NCBI RefSeq assembly: GCF_009834535.1
Contig: NC_045705.1
Span: forward strand, 31,806,001-31,870,000
DNA: 64,000 nucleotides
Reading direction: 5' to 3'
Source: Camelus ferus
Taxonomy: Eukaryota
The first letter of the stretch is position 1, and every line of letters begins with the position of its first letter. The notes under the pieces are model-generated. The model was not told the origin of the DNA. It saw only the letters and a program-made list of their open reading frames with translations, and did no database searches. Of this stretch, positions 10,537-23,129 are shown piece by piece. A program made the position numbers and the translations under genes.

Positions 10537-11063
10537 TGTAATAGGGAAGAACAAATCTGACTCTATGCTAAATTTGTTCCTTTAGCTTTAAACCTGTGCT
10601 CTGTGTCCTGTGCCTAGTCACGCTGGTTCTGTGTGTTTTGGAGATGAATGTTGCCTATAGCTTGAAATATACAAGGTAGTCTATTCTCAAGACTCTGACC
10701 TTTAAGCATAGAACACTTTTCCATTCACATATAGATAAACAGTTGCAGAACAGAGAATAACATTTGTCTTGATGGAGGTTTACAGAGACGTCATAACTGA
10801 CCTACCTGGACAGCTTCAAGAACAAACTATTTCAACACCAAGAAGTCTGTAACATTCAGCCACACCCTCTCCCCTTTATCCCCTGCTTAGTATAAAAGGA
10901 GCCTGAATTGTGACTTGGGGAAGTTGATTCTCTAAGACTTTAGTCCTTCAACTTCTCAGCCTGCTGGATTTCCAAAAAGAGTTGTTATCCTGGCACCAAC
11001 ACCAGGCCTCCCAATTTACTGGCCTGTCATGTGGCAAGCAGAATGAGTTTGGACTGGGTAACA
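10537..11063 (+). mobile_element. ERV1-type solo LTR (MER4/MER34-group-like)
   Basis: GGGAAGAACAAATCTGACTC near the start, TATAAAAG, and a 3' end GGCCTGTCATGTGGCAAGCAG..TTTGGACTGGGTAACA. Related to the LTRs at 20610 and 25890; the 5' boundary is uncertain. Confidence 0.75.
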
Positions 11064-12234
11064 ACATGTTGACCACATTCTTCTGATGATTTAGAGGCAG
11101 ATAATACTTTGTTTTAAGCTTCATTCACAGAGGGAGAGGATTTTATGAATGATGCCTATCAAAGAAAACAATATATATCTGGCCTCTTTATTACTTAGGA
11201 AACTGTATTTCATTAACGTGAGAGATAAGAAGGGCATATATTGTCACCATCTTTCTTAACAATGATATCACCCAAAATGTCTGGCGTCAAGTTCTAAAAT
11301 GCATGTTTTAAGCTCATGGATTATGGTGAATGCTAAATCTACACAAAAAGGAAGAACCTGGGTCTCTATAGAGTTTATGAAACATATAAGCAAAAAAGGA
11401 GATGGTGATATTGAAAAATAACAGAGGTATGATCAGATATTTTAAACTATTTGGGAAAATGAATGGATCATATCTATGAAAATATAACTCCAAACAAAGC
11501 TGCTCCACTTGAGGAGATAATATGATTACCCAATTAGGAAAAGAAGTAAGATTTGTTTTTTTTTTTTGCGTATACATCTTGTGAATTCACATTATTTTTA
11601 TAAACTTAGCTTCCTTTTGATTTCTATTACAACACTGAAACTATATTCTTTGATGTTAATATTCTAAGCAATACAAGCTAATTAATTTATTTAAAGTATC
11701 TTGCAGATACATACTTTAAATATTAATATGGGCTGTCTTTGCGTAGGGAGGAGTGAATGAAATGTTTATGTCATATCTCTTCTATTATTTTTTTAAAACT
11801 GTAATGCATCATTAATTCTGAGAAAGATTACATCAGTTAACAAAGAAACAGGAGAAAATCTTCCCCTAACTAAACTAATTTGTGATATAAACTGTAGCTT
11901 AACTCATCATACAGAATATAAATCTATATTCACAAGAGAGACACATTACATCCAATAATTGTACATATTTCCCTAAGAAATGGTGAAAATCTTAAAAATG
12001 TATTTACATATGTATACACACACACACATATATATATATATTTGAACTAGAAAATTATGAAAATCTTAAAAGTATATTTAGATCATTGAAAGTTTTCATA
12101 TAATAAATGTTTTTTTTATCATGCCCAAGTTATTAAACCTGAGGAGACACTTACTACAGGTAAACAGTCACACATGGCTTTCCTGAAAATAGTAATTTTT
12201 CATTGAAAATACGTGATAATGTTTCCCTGCTGCC

Positions 12235-13152
12235 TCATTTCCTTTTTCTGGTCCAGAGCTTTTTCATGGCATGTTTCATCTCTCCATTTCTCAGAGTATA
12301 GATTAGAGGGTTCAACATAGGGGTGATAATGGTGTAAAACACAGTCAAGGACTTATCAATGGGTAAGGTAGAAGGAGGTCTCACATACATAAAGATGCAG
12401 GGGACAAAGAAGAGGACAACCACAGTAATGTGGGAGCCACAGGTGGACAAGGCTTTGCGCCTCCCTTCTGGGCTAAGATTCTTCAGGGAGTTCAGGATGA
12501 CCCCATAGGAGATGAGTAAGAGCATAAAGATGACCACACACATTGCCCCATCATTGGCAACCACAGTGAGGCCAATAACGTAGGTGTCAGTGCAAGCAAG
12601 TTTTAACAAGGGGTACATGTCACAGATGAAGTGGTCAATGACATTGGGGCCACAGAAGGGAAGGTTATAAACAAAAAGGGGATGAGCTACTGCATGTAAA
12701 AACCCACCAACACAGGCCATCAGCAGCAGCAAAACACACACTCGCTTATTCATGATTGCTGAATAATGTAAAGGTTTGCAGATGGCCACGTAGCGGTCAT
12801 AAGCCATGGCCACCAGGAGGCAAATCTCAGCACCACCAAATAAGTGCCCTATAAAAAGCTGGGTCATGCAGGCTTGGAATGAAATGGCTTTCTTCTCACA
12901 GAGTAAATCTACAATCATATTTGGAGTGACTGTAGTAGAATAAACAGAATCCATAAATGACAAGTAACCAAGAAAGAAGTACATAGGGGAATCCAGGGTT
13001 GGACTGACCACCACAGTCATGACAATGAGTAGGTTGCCCACCATTGTCACAATGTAGATGAGCAAGAACACAACAAATAATATTTTCTGACCCTGGGGGC
13101 TCTGAGTGAGCCCCAAGAGGACAAACTCAGTCACATTCCTCCTTTGTTCCAT
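12235..13152 (-). CDS. Olfactory receptor, family 4 subfamily A (OR4A2/OR4A5-like), 305 aa, intact
   Basis: [42 protein letters not shown] and [12 protein letters not shown], with no stops. Confidence 0.95.
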   Translation of the reverse strand: MEQRRNVTEFVLLGLTQSPQGQKILFVVFLLIYIVTMVGNLLIVMTVVVSPTLDSPMYFFLGYLSFMDSVYSTTVTPNMIVDLLCEKKAISFQACMTQLFIGHLFGGAEICLLVAMAYDRYVAICKPLHYSAIMNKRVCVLLLLMACVGGFLHAVAHPLFVYNLPFCGPNVIDHFICDMYPLLKLACTDTYVIGLTVVANDGAMCVVIFMLLLISYGVILNSLKNLSPEGRRKALSTCGSHITVVVLFFVPCIFMYVRPPSTLPIDKSLTVFYTIITPMLNPLIYTLRNGEMKHAMKKLWTRKRK

Positions 13153-15699
13153 AGAGTCTTCTGTATGTCTTATTTCAGTGTTCAGGACAAAAAGTTCTGT
13201 TAATATAATTGTTCCTAGGGGCTTCCTGAAGTTTTAGATAATTAGTTTATTCAATCAAGGAATAGGCAGTATGATTTATTGTGTTCCAGTACTTTCAGTG
13301 ATTATAGTACAAGGCTGATTAAAACATTGTCCCTAACCTCAAAAAGCTTTCAGTCTAATGGAGTGGCAAGAAATTAAGACATATGTGGGACAAGAAAATA
13401 TTATTAAGTAAATGAGTTGCCACAATTAGCTTTCCATCTGAAAGCTAATTAAATTGTATATATAGGTAATACCTCATACAAAAATAAAATTTGATTAAAG
13501 TTCTAATAAAAAGAGAAAGAAAGATTTACTTTATTTTAATTTCCAGCATTAAGGAAGTGACCTTCTCCAATCTAGGGTTGGAAGAAACTTCTTAAGCAAT
13601 CATTTAAGTCTCAAAGAGATATATTTAACCGTTTCAAAAAAGTTTTTAAGGTCTTAGGAAAAGATACCACAGTGTAAATAGGCAAAGGCAGTTTGGAGAA
13701 AGATTTACATTTTACAGGATCTACACAGAGTTAATGTCTAAAATAGACAAAAGTGTCAAAATAACTTATGCATAAAATAAAAATGAAATATAAAATAAAT
13801 AAACATACAAACAAACAATTAAAGGAAGAATACATCTATATGGCCAACAAGCATGTTAGTACACTGAAGCTGGGAACAGAAAAGTGGGAACTGAGGTAAT
13901 GGCTTACTTACTACAGTATTACTTTGTGTCCTTAAAAGCCACTCAAGGTCTACAGATGCTACATCATCTTTTAATTTTTAACAGATTAACAAACAATGTT
14001 TAGAAAACATATTGATTGAGACTATCATCAGATTTATAAATATCTCATGGTAATATCCCAAATTAGTTACACTTGAAATTAGTTTCTAAGACTACTTTAT
14101 GTTAAAGAAGGTCTCTTTCTGTTAGAGATGGTAATACAAAAATATTCAGGAAGAGTATTATAGAATAAAATCAATCTCCATACACTTTAGTGATCATAAA
14201 GGATTGCTAACATGGCTGATTATGAAAATCACAAAGGAGAACCTTTAAAAGACTGAACTCTCATGCCACCATTGTACTCTGGCAAAATGTAAAGCTTAGT
14301 TCAGAATCTTGTGAATAAACACCCTCCCGGGTTACCTGCACAAGGAGACAGCCATTCAATCCACATTCTGGATTCTCTGCCTTTTCTTCTGTCCTTCACC
14401 CACTGATGTCATCTCTCAGAACACAGAGAGCAAGATACATACACCATCACTGGACCTTGAACTGCTTCCGTGTGACCAACTCATTCCATGCTGGCAGGAA
14501 ACCTAACTCATCTCAGTCATTCAGAAAAATATTCCTTTTCAGATAACTGGGATTTTCAAAATGAGTATCAATGGCCCGTTACTAAAGAACTCTGAATCTT
14601 GAGTCTGAACAGAGAACTAAAATAGTCATTGTTGGCAGGATTTGTCTGAATCACCGACTAATGTTAATTCAACATTTTGATTGGAGAGAAAACTGTAAAT
14701 TGTGTTATGAATTGTTTGCATAGAAATGATTTTATTGGTGACTTATACCAATAAATCTGAGATAGTGAAATAGCTTTTGCAGTCTTTTGAGTCTCAGTAA
14801 GTTATACTGTCCTGCCTTGATACAGCATTGTTGAACTTTGGGTTTCCTGAAAGATGGAGAATGATTACATATACATACTTTCTTAAGTTTGGAGTCCATC
14901 ATTTCAGTTCATGAGTGTCTTTCCTGTAAGGAAAGAACAAAGGTCAGTAAACCCTTTATCTACATTTGAACTCCTGATCATGTAATGGAGTCATTCAACT
15001 GGTGCATCTCCAAGGGTGATTCTTGTCTAATTAAATTCGTTGGGACCTTAATCATAATTTCGATGGTAGACTCTTTATTCTCCAGGGATGCCACCAGGAT
15101 AATCACCACATAGAACAGGACTTACAGGACAATGCTCCCCAAGGAAAAGCCTAAAAAGATAAACAAACAAACAAAAAACAAACTTGAAGTCATGTCACCA
15201 GAAAGGAAAAGTCCAGTCTAGGCAGAAGTGAAATATGTAAAAATGTGTTTAAATCACAACCTTCAGAATAGGAATATGTGTTTAAACTTTGTCTTTGAAG
15301 ATGACATCTGAACTCATTTCCAAAATATTATGAATGCTAATTTCAGAACAAGACACTTAAAACTCATTTCAAATACAGATACATTTTATCACATAGTTGG
15401 TGACATATTTTCAGACAGGCAAGTTGATAGAATCTATGTTAGTGTGGAAATGGGGGAAGAAAAAATTTGTAGGGCTATTCTGTTCATCTCCAAGTGCTCA
15501 TGGGGCATTCACCAAAGTAGACTATTGACTAGGCCGTGACACAATCATAATACCTTACAAAGGACTTAAATCATATAGTATATATATACACATATATATT
15601 TTACAATAATGTAATTCAACTGGAGACTGATAACTAAAATGTATCATTTTCCAATTAATTACAAAGTAAGCATTAGAAATCTAAATTAACTGTGAACAT

Positions 15700-16580
15700 T
15701 CTGAAAGGTATATTTTCAACACAAGGATAATGATATAAATTTCTATAAAAGATATATGAAAGGTACTTATGAAGTATATGTATACGTATAAAAGGCTATA
15801 TGTGATATATTATTCTATATAAATCCACTGGACTTAGCTAAAGGAGTGCTTAGAGAGGAATGTATACCTTAAATGCAAGTGTTGGAAGTCAAGAAATGTT
15901 ACACGGAATGAACTGAGCTTCTGTCTCAAGAAGCTAGAAAAAGATAATAAAAATTAAACCCAGAGGACACTGTAGAAAGGAAATAGCAAATAGAAGACAG
16001 AAATCATAAATAGAAATTAAATGAAAATAGAGAAAATATTTAAAACCAGGAATTTGTTCTTTGAAAGCTTAATATAATTGATAAGATCCTAGAAAACAGA
16101 TTAAGAAAAAAATAAGAAAAAAGAACAAATTATCAGAATTAACAGTGAAGGGAGGGTCATCACTGCAGATACTGCAGATCTTAAAAAGAATAAAATGATA
16201 CGATGAGCAAATTTATGATGGTGTACTCACCAACTAAGGGAAAATGGACCACTGCTATAAACATACAAGTTTCTAAACACACAAGGAAAAATAATTAAAA
16301 GCTGGAAAAACTTAATACCTAAATAAATGAATTCTTTAGAATCCTATCATTCCCAAAACAAAATTTCATTTCCACATAGTTTCAATCAATGAATTCTACA
16401 GACCCACTAATAAAGAAATAGCACCAGTATACATAAATACTTTCACAGACGGGAGGAATTAGTACAATTCCTAATGCATTTTATGCACCCAGCAAAACCC
16501 TTATAACAAAATGAACAAAGTATGGCAAAGAAAATAATTAGATTAATACTTCACATTAACAAAGACACAAAACTCTGAAC
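15700..16580 (+). mobile_element. Old degenerate L1 ORF2 fragment
   Basis: A-rich sequence with CTCAAGAAGCTAGAAAAAGA, TTGTTCTTTGAAAG..ATAATTGATAAG and ATCACTGCAGATACT (endonuclease-RT linker). Confidence 0.7.
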
Positions 16581-16639
16581 ACAGTATTTAGTATTTAGTT
16601 TGATTCTATTGGATTTTTTTTTTTTTTTCTTTCTGGTGT

Positions 16640-16960
16640 GGTTTTTGAGGCGGCCTTGAGATGCGCTCAGTCTAGGGGTAATTATGTCCCATGACTGACG
16701 CTAAATCTTCCTAAATATTCAACTCACTGCCCTGGCCTTGGGAGCTAAGAGCTTTTCCAGCTTGTGAGAATGTGCATTATTCTGGGTCCGGTGTGAAGTC
16801 CAAGCACCCTTCTCAGTAGTCCATCTGGTTAAAACTTTCCCCAGCCTCAGGGAGTTTCCTGAAATGCATGCACTGATCAGTAGTCTGACGCTTAGCTGAG
16901 AGGGATCCTCTTTAGTTCTCCAGACGTCTCTCTGTCAGTGTGTGTGTCTCTCACTCTATT
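16640..16960 (-). mobile_element. Old L1 5'-region fragment
   Basis: Resembles, from memory, the L1M 5' consensus (TCTAGGGGTAATT, TTTCCCCAGCCTCAGGGAGTTTCCT, CACTGATCAGTA). Confidence 0.5.
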
Positions 16961-17344
16961 TCTATGGACAAAAACTACCTACATTATTGTCAGTTTTCTA
17001 CAACTTCAAGAGTTGTAAAGCAGCTTAAACTCAGTAAAAGGTATAAATCCCATAGACTCATGACTCCAAAGGAATGCTATAGATAACACATAGATTTTTT
17101 CTGTGAGTGTGTTGCATTTCTGTCTTTCACAATATTTTTCCAAACAAAATTTCATTTATTTAGCAGCTATACATCAAAGGAATTACAGATGCCTCATGAA
17201 CAAAATAAGTATGCATAAAGAGAAAATGATTTTCACGTTTACATTTTTACAAAGGAATAACCACAAAATTTCTGCATCCACTGGAGTTTTAACAAGAAAT
17301 AGCATACTCAAAATGGGAGATTAAATGATTTGAATATATTTACT

Positions 17345-17700
17345 TGTCAAGGTATGGGTTGAGTTGAGAGAAACTAACAGGGGATGATAAAGACCCCAGG
17401 GTTAGTAACAGTAGGAAGACATGAACACAGTAGGGCTTCAGAGAGAGATCACAGGAGCCCAAAAGTTCCATCCAAGGGAGCCCATCCTCAGTGAAAAGTG
17501 CCCAGCCATGGACAAACCACCACAGGGAACCAGGACAATAAACACTATGACATTCCTCTTTTCTTCTCACCTTCCCTGAAATATTCAGCTCACACTACCC
17601 CTTGGCCAGAAGGAAAGGGGACTGGTTAAAGTAGATTAGGAAAGAGAGCTGCTCATGATGGAGAGAGTGAGAGATCTCAGTGGGTGAAAGAAAGATCATT
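17345..17700. repeat. Ancient LTR-like element (LTR78-like)
   Basis: GC-richer island with GACCCCAGGGTTAGTAACAGTAGGAAG, recalled from an ancient LTR consensus; weak. Confidence 0.35.
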
Positions 17701-18377
17701 TTTAACATTCCAACTGTTTATTCAGTTGTTTTGTTTCTTTGTTGTTTTTTGGGGAGGTAAGAGAGTAAATGCTATGTTTTAGAGTTTGCTTGAAAAAAAG
17801 AAAGAAAGAAAAAAAAACAGAGGGAATTGAACATCTTCCAACTTGTTTATTCACCTAATTTTATTGAACAGCAGTGTGAGTCAGACACTGAACCAAGTGC
17901 TGGTGAGACAGGCCTGTATTCCTTAGACTTATTTAAGTGGCTTTTAAATGGAAGGGGTGGGTGAATTAGACTCAGTCTGTGTATCAACAGTGTGCAGAAC
18001 CAGAATCAACAGTTGTACAAATATTTTAATAGTTAAAGAAGAGTCTTTAGCATTTCTTATTGGCTGAGAAGCAGATTTATTATACTGTGAGCTCCCTGTG
18101 ACTAGAGGTCCTCCAGCAAAGGCCCAGGGACAAGCTGTCAGAAGGCATTGAAGAGGGATTTGAGCATCTTTGTAAGAAGCTGAATTAAACAGCCTCAGTT
18201 GTTCACTCTTTTTTGTCATGTCGCTTATCCTCTAGCACACTATGGAAAAAATAGCTTATATTATCAAAATGCTTTGGATTATTTGAAAATCGAATATATT
18301 GTTTTTGTCACCTTGCTACTGAAAATATTGTCTTTACATGTTAATGCCCCAATTCTGCATTCATCATCAGCATTGAA

Positions 18378-18759
18378 GTGAAAGAAGACAGGATGAATAT
18401 GACTGAATTCATTTTAATGGGATTTAAGCAGAATCCTCAGATGCAGAAAATTCTTTTTTTGGTGATACTTATCACCTAATTGTCATTGTCACAAGCAACC
18501 TGCTCACTGAGGTTGCTATAATCTGTGCCCAACTTTGGACCCTCCCATGTATTTCATCCTGACTTTCTCGTCTTTGATAAATATATGCTATTCCTCTTCC
18601 ACAATCCCTAAAACATTAGCTAATTTGCTTTCTGTTTCAAAAGCTGTCTCCTTCTCAGTGGCTTTTTACTCAACATTTCATGGGAGCTTCAGAGATCATC
18701 CTCTTTGTGGTCATGGCCTATGACCCTATGTGACCATCTGTAGAGCTCTGCACTATAAC
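18378..18759 (+). pseudogene. Truncated, highly decayed OR4 relic (N-terminus to TM3 only)
   Basis: Reads MNMTEFILMGFKQNPQMQKILF, then PPMYFILTFSSLINICYSSSTIPK, then GTGGTCATGGCCTATGACCCTATGTGACCATCTGTAGAGCTCTGCACTAT (MAYD...ICxxLHY), and ends abruptly. Confidence 0.85.
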
Positions 18760-18907
18760 ACATTGGGCACAAATAGATACTTCATACACATTGTTTTGAT
18801 TGAATGGATAAATGAAGGATAAAACTTGTAATGCATTTAAAAGTTTTCTGCCTTGATTTGTAGGTAAAATGCTTCTAATACGTGAAGTCAGCTCCTGTAC
18901 AGACTAG

Positions 18908-19830
18908 ATGGAAGCAAGGAACAATGTAACTTATTTCATCCTCTTGTGCCTCACACACAGTCTCAAGGAGCAGAAGGTCCTTTTTGTTATGTTCTTGCTC
19001 TTCTGCATTTTGACCTTGTTGGGCAACCTGCTCATTGTCGTGACAATAACTGTCAGTAAGACCCTGAACTCACCAATGTACATTTTTCTTGTGAGCTTAT
19101 TTTTGAACATGGCTTATTCCTCTTCAATTTCCTCCAGATTGATTTCAGACTTGTTCTTTGGGGAAAACACTATATCCTTTGAATATTGCATGACTCAGCT
19201 GTTTAAAGAGCATTTTTTTGGTGGATCAGAGATTGTTATTCTATTGGTAATGGCTTATGTTCACTGTGTGGCCATCTGTAGGCCCTTGCATTATTAGGTT
19301 ATCATGAGGCAAAGGATGTGTGTTGTGCTGCTGGTGGTGTCTTACGTGGAGGATTTCTGCACTCAGTAATTGAACTTGGCACTATTTATGGGCTCCAGTT
19401 CTGTGGCCCCAATGTCATTGATCACTTTACATGTGACATGTACCCCTTATTGAAACTCATCTGCACTGACACCTATGTCATTGTCATCTTAGTGGTGGCC
19501 AATGGAGGACTGAGCTCTGCTATTGTGTTTCTGCTCTCACTCATCTCATATGGAGTCATCTTGCACTCTTTAAAGAACCTGAGTCAGGAAGGGAGATGGG
19601 AAGCCCTCCAGACCTGTGGTTCCACAACACTGTGGTTGTCTGCTTCTTTGTGCCCTGTATTTTCATGTATGCGAGACCTGCTAAGACTTTCCCCATTGAT
19701 AAATCATTAAGCATGTTTTTTTACAGTCATCACCCCTATGCTGAATCATTTAATCAATAGTCTATGAAATTCTGAGATGACTAATGCTATGAAGAAGCTC
19801 TGGAGGAAAACAAGGCAGAGCAAGCATTGA
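18908..19830 (+). pseudogene. OR4A47: OR4A47-like pseudogene (copy A)
   Basis: Starts [16 protein letters not shown] at 19295-19297, frameshifts near 19345, 19624 and 19715, and a further stop at ~19765. Confidence 0.9.
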
Positions 19831-20609
19831 ATAAGGGAATTATCCATCACAAAGAAACTAATTTAGCATTAGGGCCAATCTCCTTGGAATGTAAAGGTCT
19901 TCATAGATCTAATGCAAATTTTCTTTTTCTCTAAAGGGTTTATGATAATTAAATCAAAGATTGAATTATGTGTTTAAAAACAATGACAGTTTCCACGTTA
20001 GAATGTGCATCCTATAATGTCTGGTTGATTACTGCACCTAGCGGGGTGGAGAGGGGTAGAATGCATTAAGCAGGGAGTCAATAAATAATATCTAATGAAT
20101 TAGTCAATGAAATTTTTATACAGTTACACTAATTTTAGTGAATTTCTGCATTTACTTTTATTACTTTCTCATTCTTAATTTCATTTTTGTCAGATTCTTG
20201 TGTTTAATCATCATTCTATTTGTTATCTTAGTTAAAATACTTAATGCTGTATGGACTATTATCTTTACTTCATTTGCCTTACTTGTGAAATTTTAATGTA
20301 ATATTTTAGTTTTAATATATAATTTGGATGATAGATAGTAATAAACATTAAAAATAGAATCTATGGAAATGAAAGAGTGTAGAATAAAACCTCCTCTGCA
20401 TCCCAGACCATTGTCTCTCAGTCTTTGAGACGCAGTCACTCTGTTCTGAGATTTGACTCATAACATTTGCAAATACCAGCATATTGTCACACATGCATGT
20501 GTTTATGTCTGTGTTTAAATTTTGCATTGCACCACTTAGCCTTCTGAAGGCTATTACATACCAGTCTATGTAGAAGTGATTAATTCTGAGTTTCCTCACA
20601 CTTGCACTT

Positions 20610-21150
20610 TGTTACACAGAGACACTAAATTGGACGCACCAGTGATCGGGAAGAACAGCTCTGACTTCACAGTGGGTCTGCTTCTCTTACTTTCACCTTT
20701 GTGCTCTATTGCTTTTGCTATAAGTTAATCACCAAAGAGGGGGGTCGCCTATAGCTTAAAGTATACATAATGGATGGCGCCTCTCTGGGAACCGGCCTCC
20801 CGTGCCTGAGCATTAATCTAAGATACCTTTGTTGAGCTCAAGGAAACATCCCGACCAGGCCCGCCTGTGACTGACCGCAGGACATTCACACATGCCCTCT
20901 GGAGTCTGGCCAGAACCAGGAAATATTTGCAACACCTTTCACCTTTTATACTTTACTGCCTCACTTCTGCTTTCTGTTCTGTAAGGAAACTAGCATCCAA
21001 ACCCAGGCAAGATGGCTCTTTGGGACACTAGTCCACCTTATCTTTGGTCTGCTGGCTCCCCAGATAAAGTCACTATTCCTTGCCCTAACAGCTTGTGTCT
21101 CAGTTTATTGGCCTGTTGTGTGGTGAGCAGTATAAACTTAGACTCAGTAA
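20610..21150 (+). mobile_element. ERV1-type solo LTR in duplication unit A
   Basis: Starts TGTTACACAG and ends GAGCAGTATAAACTTAGACTCAGTAA; an orthologous copy sits at 25890-26430. Confidence 0.85.
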
Positions 21151-22039
21151 TAAAGTCATTTTTTTTATTATCTTAACTAGTCATTCACTTTAAGGAACTC
21201 ATTTTCATAGTTTTGCTTTATTGGTGGGGATTTTACATTATTACAAATTTCACGTACATTTTTGAGCATTGGGTGGCCAGTTTAAATATGCTGTAATGTT
21301 AAAGAGCATAGTCTTTTTGAGGAAGATTCTTCTGAGATCAAATCTTAAGTTTCCCATTTTAATGTAAACTTTGGCAAAACAAGACTTCCTCAAGTTTTGT
21401 TAAATGGGAAATGGTGGAGATATTTTCAAAATCAAATAAAAGAATCTGTATAAACTCTTAGATAACTAAGTGCTCAGAAATGTTAGTTATTGTGAACACT
21501 TTATTATTAGAGTCTTTTAAATTGTAATAGAACTCCTTACTTCGCATAGAGTATTAAGTTAATAAACATGTTAGTTTTATAAGTATATATGTAAATAAAT
21601 ATATTAATTACATAATAATTAATTAATCTATCTCTAGAAAGCCTCATGCATAATTTATCTGGGCCTTCAGAAAGGAACATGCTGAAAGCTGACTGACCTT
21701 GTAAGCATTCTTGTTGCTGGAATGGTCCCCTAACCTCCTAATTTATTAAATTGTCTCCTTTTTTTTGTCTGACTCTATTGTAAGAATATAAGATCCATCT
21801 TGAAAGAAACTTTCATGTGATTTTTTTCCCTTGTTTTATTGATTGCTGTCACCTCAACTATAACACAGTTCCTTGTATAACATAGTTGTCTTAAGTATTA
21901 AAATAAATAATAATCAGATACAATATTAGATATTATATCTGAAATGGTGATAACATTTTCATGAATTTAAAAAATGTCAAGACAGGATAGGTCAAATATT
22001 AAACAAAAAGAATGATAAGCTTGCTATGGCAAGTGGGGA

Positions 22040-22310
22040 AACACTTGAGGAATTAATTGTCACTGACACAAAATATTTGGCTGCTATTTTATTTTTGGTT
22101 TGCAATAGTTTGAAAGCAGTTATAAAGCTGTTTTTCTTTTTTTTTTTTTTTCATGTGACATCTTTTTTACCCTAATTCTGTGATGAGGTTTGGTAGCCTC
22201 TTTACATACTGATGAATTTTTAAAATGTAGTGGAAAATCCCAGTGAATTTAATTAAGTGAGAATTGGTTTTGGACACTTTCCAATTCTAAGACTGAACAA
22301 CAAATGAGGT
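22040..22310 (+). promoter_or_regulatory. Predicted promoter/first exon of OR4A47-like copy B
   Basis: Conserved with 28805-29070, including a 24-bp identical O/E-like plus TTAATTAA block (22234-22257) and a candidate donor GAG|GTTAGA near 22308. Confidence 0.55.
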
Positions 22311-22726
22311 TAGAAGGAATAAAATGTCCAGTGATCTTGCCCCGAGTGGGAACAGAGATATTATCATTTAAGAATGGATATAATTTTTCAGGAGATCCTT
22401 TTTTAGGCTTCAAGCAAATCATAACAAAAAAAGAAACAGAATGTATCTCAAACTCTCAAATCAACTAGTCTGGCCACACCAACAAGATAGAGGAGAAGGA
22501 TTAAACAATTAAATGATATTTTTCTATTTTGAAGTTGAGGAAATGAAGTTACTTGAGATACATTTCCCTCAGAAAATGGCTGGTTACAATCTTCCTATGT
22601 GAACATAGGATTTGCTGATCTTTTTGATAAATTATCCAAACATGATAAACCTTTGTTTTTTGTAGTCACCATGATATTTCTCTTAAAGAATCTATAGTGC
22701 AAATAAAATGTCTTCTGAATATTCAG

Positions 22727-22889
22727 GAGACTCCATAGAAAAAATAAACATAGCGAAATGAAATAGAATATATCCTCAAGTAATAATGCAGTCTTTTGCC
22801 CTCTGTTGTCAAATCGGATAAAAAGAGAATTCCAGGTTATGAGTAATTTAAAAACTCATCCTTCAGATTATGGAACAAGCCTCCACAAG
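22727..22889 (+). other. Predicted non-coding 5'UTR exon of copy B
   Basis: Acceptor TTCAG|G at 22726/22727 and donor CAAG|GTGAGA at 22889/22890; both sites are conserved in the paralog at 29505-29671. Confidence 0.6.
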
Positions 22890-22969
22890 GTGAGAATAAC
22901 AGTACATAGTGGGAACCAGGATTCACAATTGTGTGACTTTACTATGTAAGAAATAAATCATTTTGAGAT

Positions 22970-23095
22970 AAATTGAACCTAGATTCCAATTCTAGTTTTA
23001 TCATGTAAAAATGTGTGACCTTGGGGAAATTAATGAGATGGTCTGAGCCTCATTTTTTTTTCAGCTATAAAAAGGTGAAAATAGTTCCTATCACT
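22970..23095 (+). repeat. MIR SINE fragment
   Basis: TGTGTGACCTTGGGGAAATT...TCTGAGCCTCATTTT..CAGCTATAAAA core. Confidence 0.6.
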
Positions 23096-23129
23096 CTAAA
23101 TGTTAACTGTGACACATATTCTGAGTACA

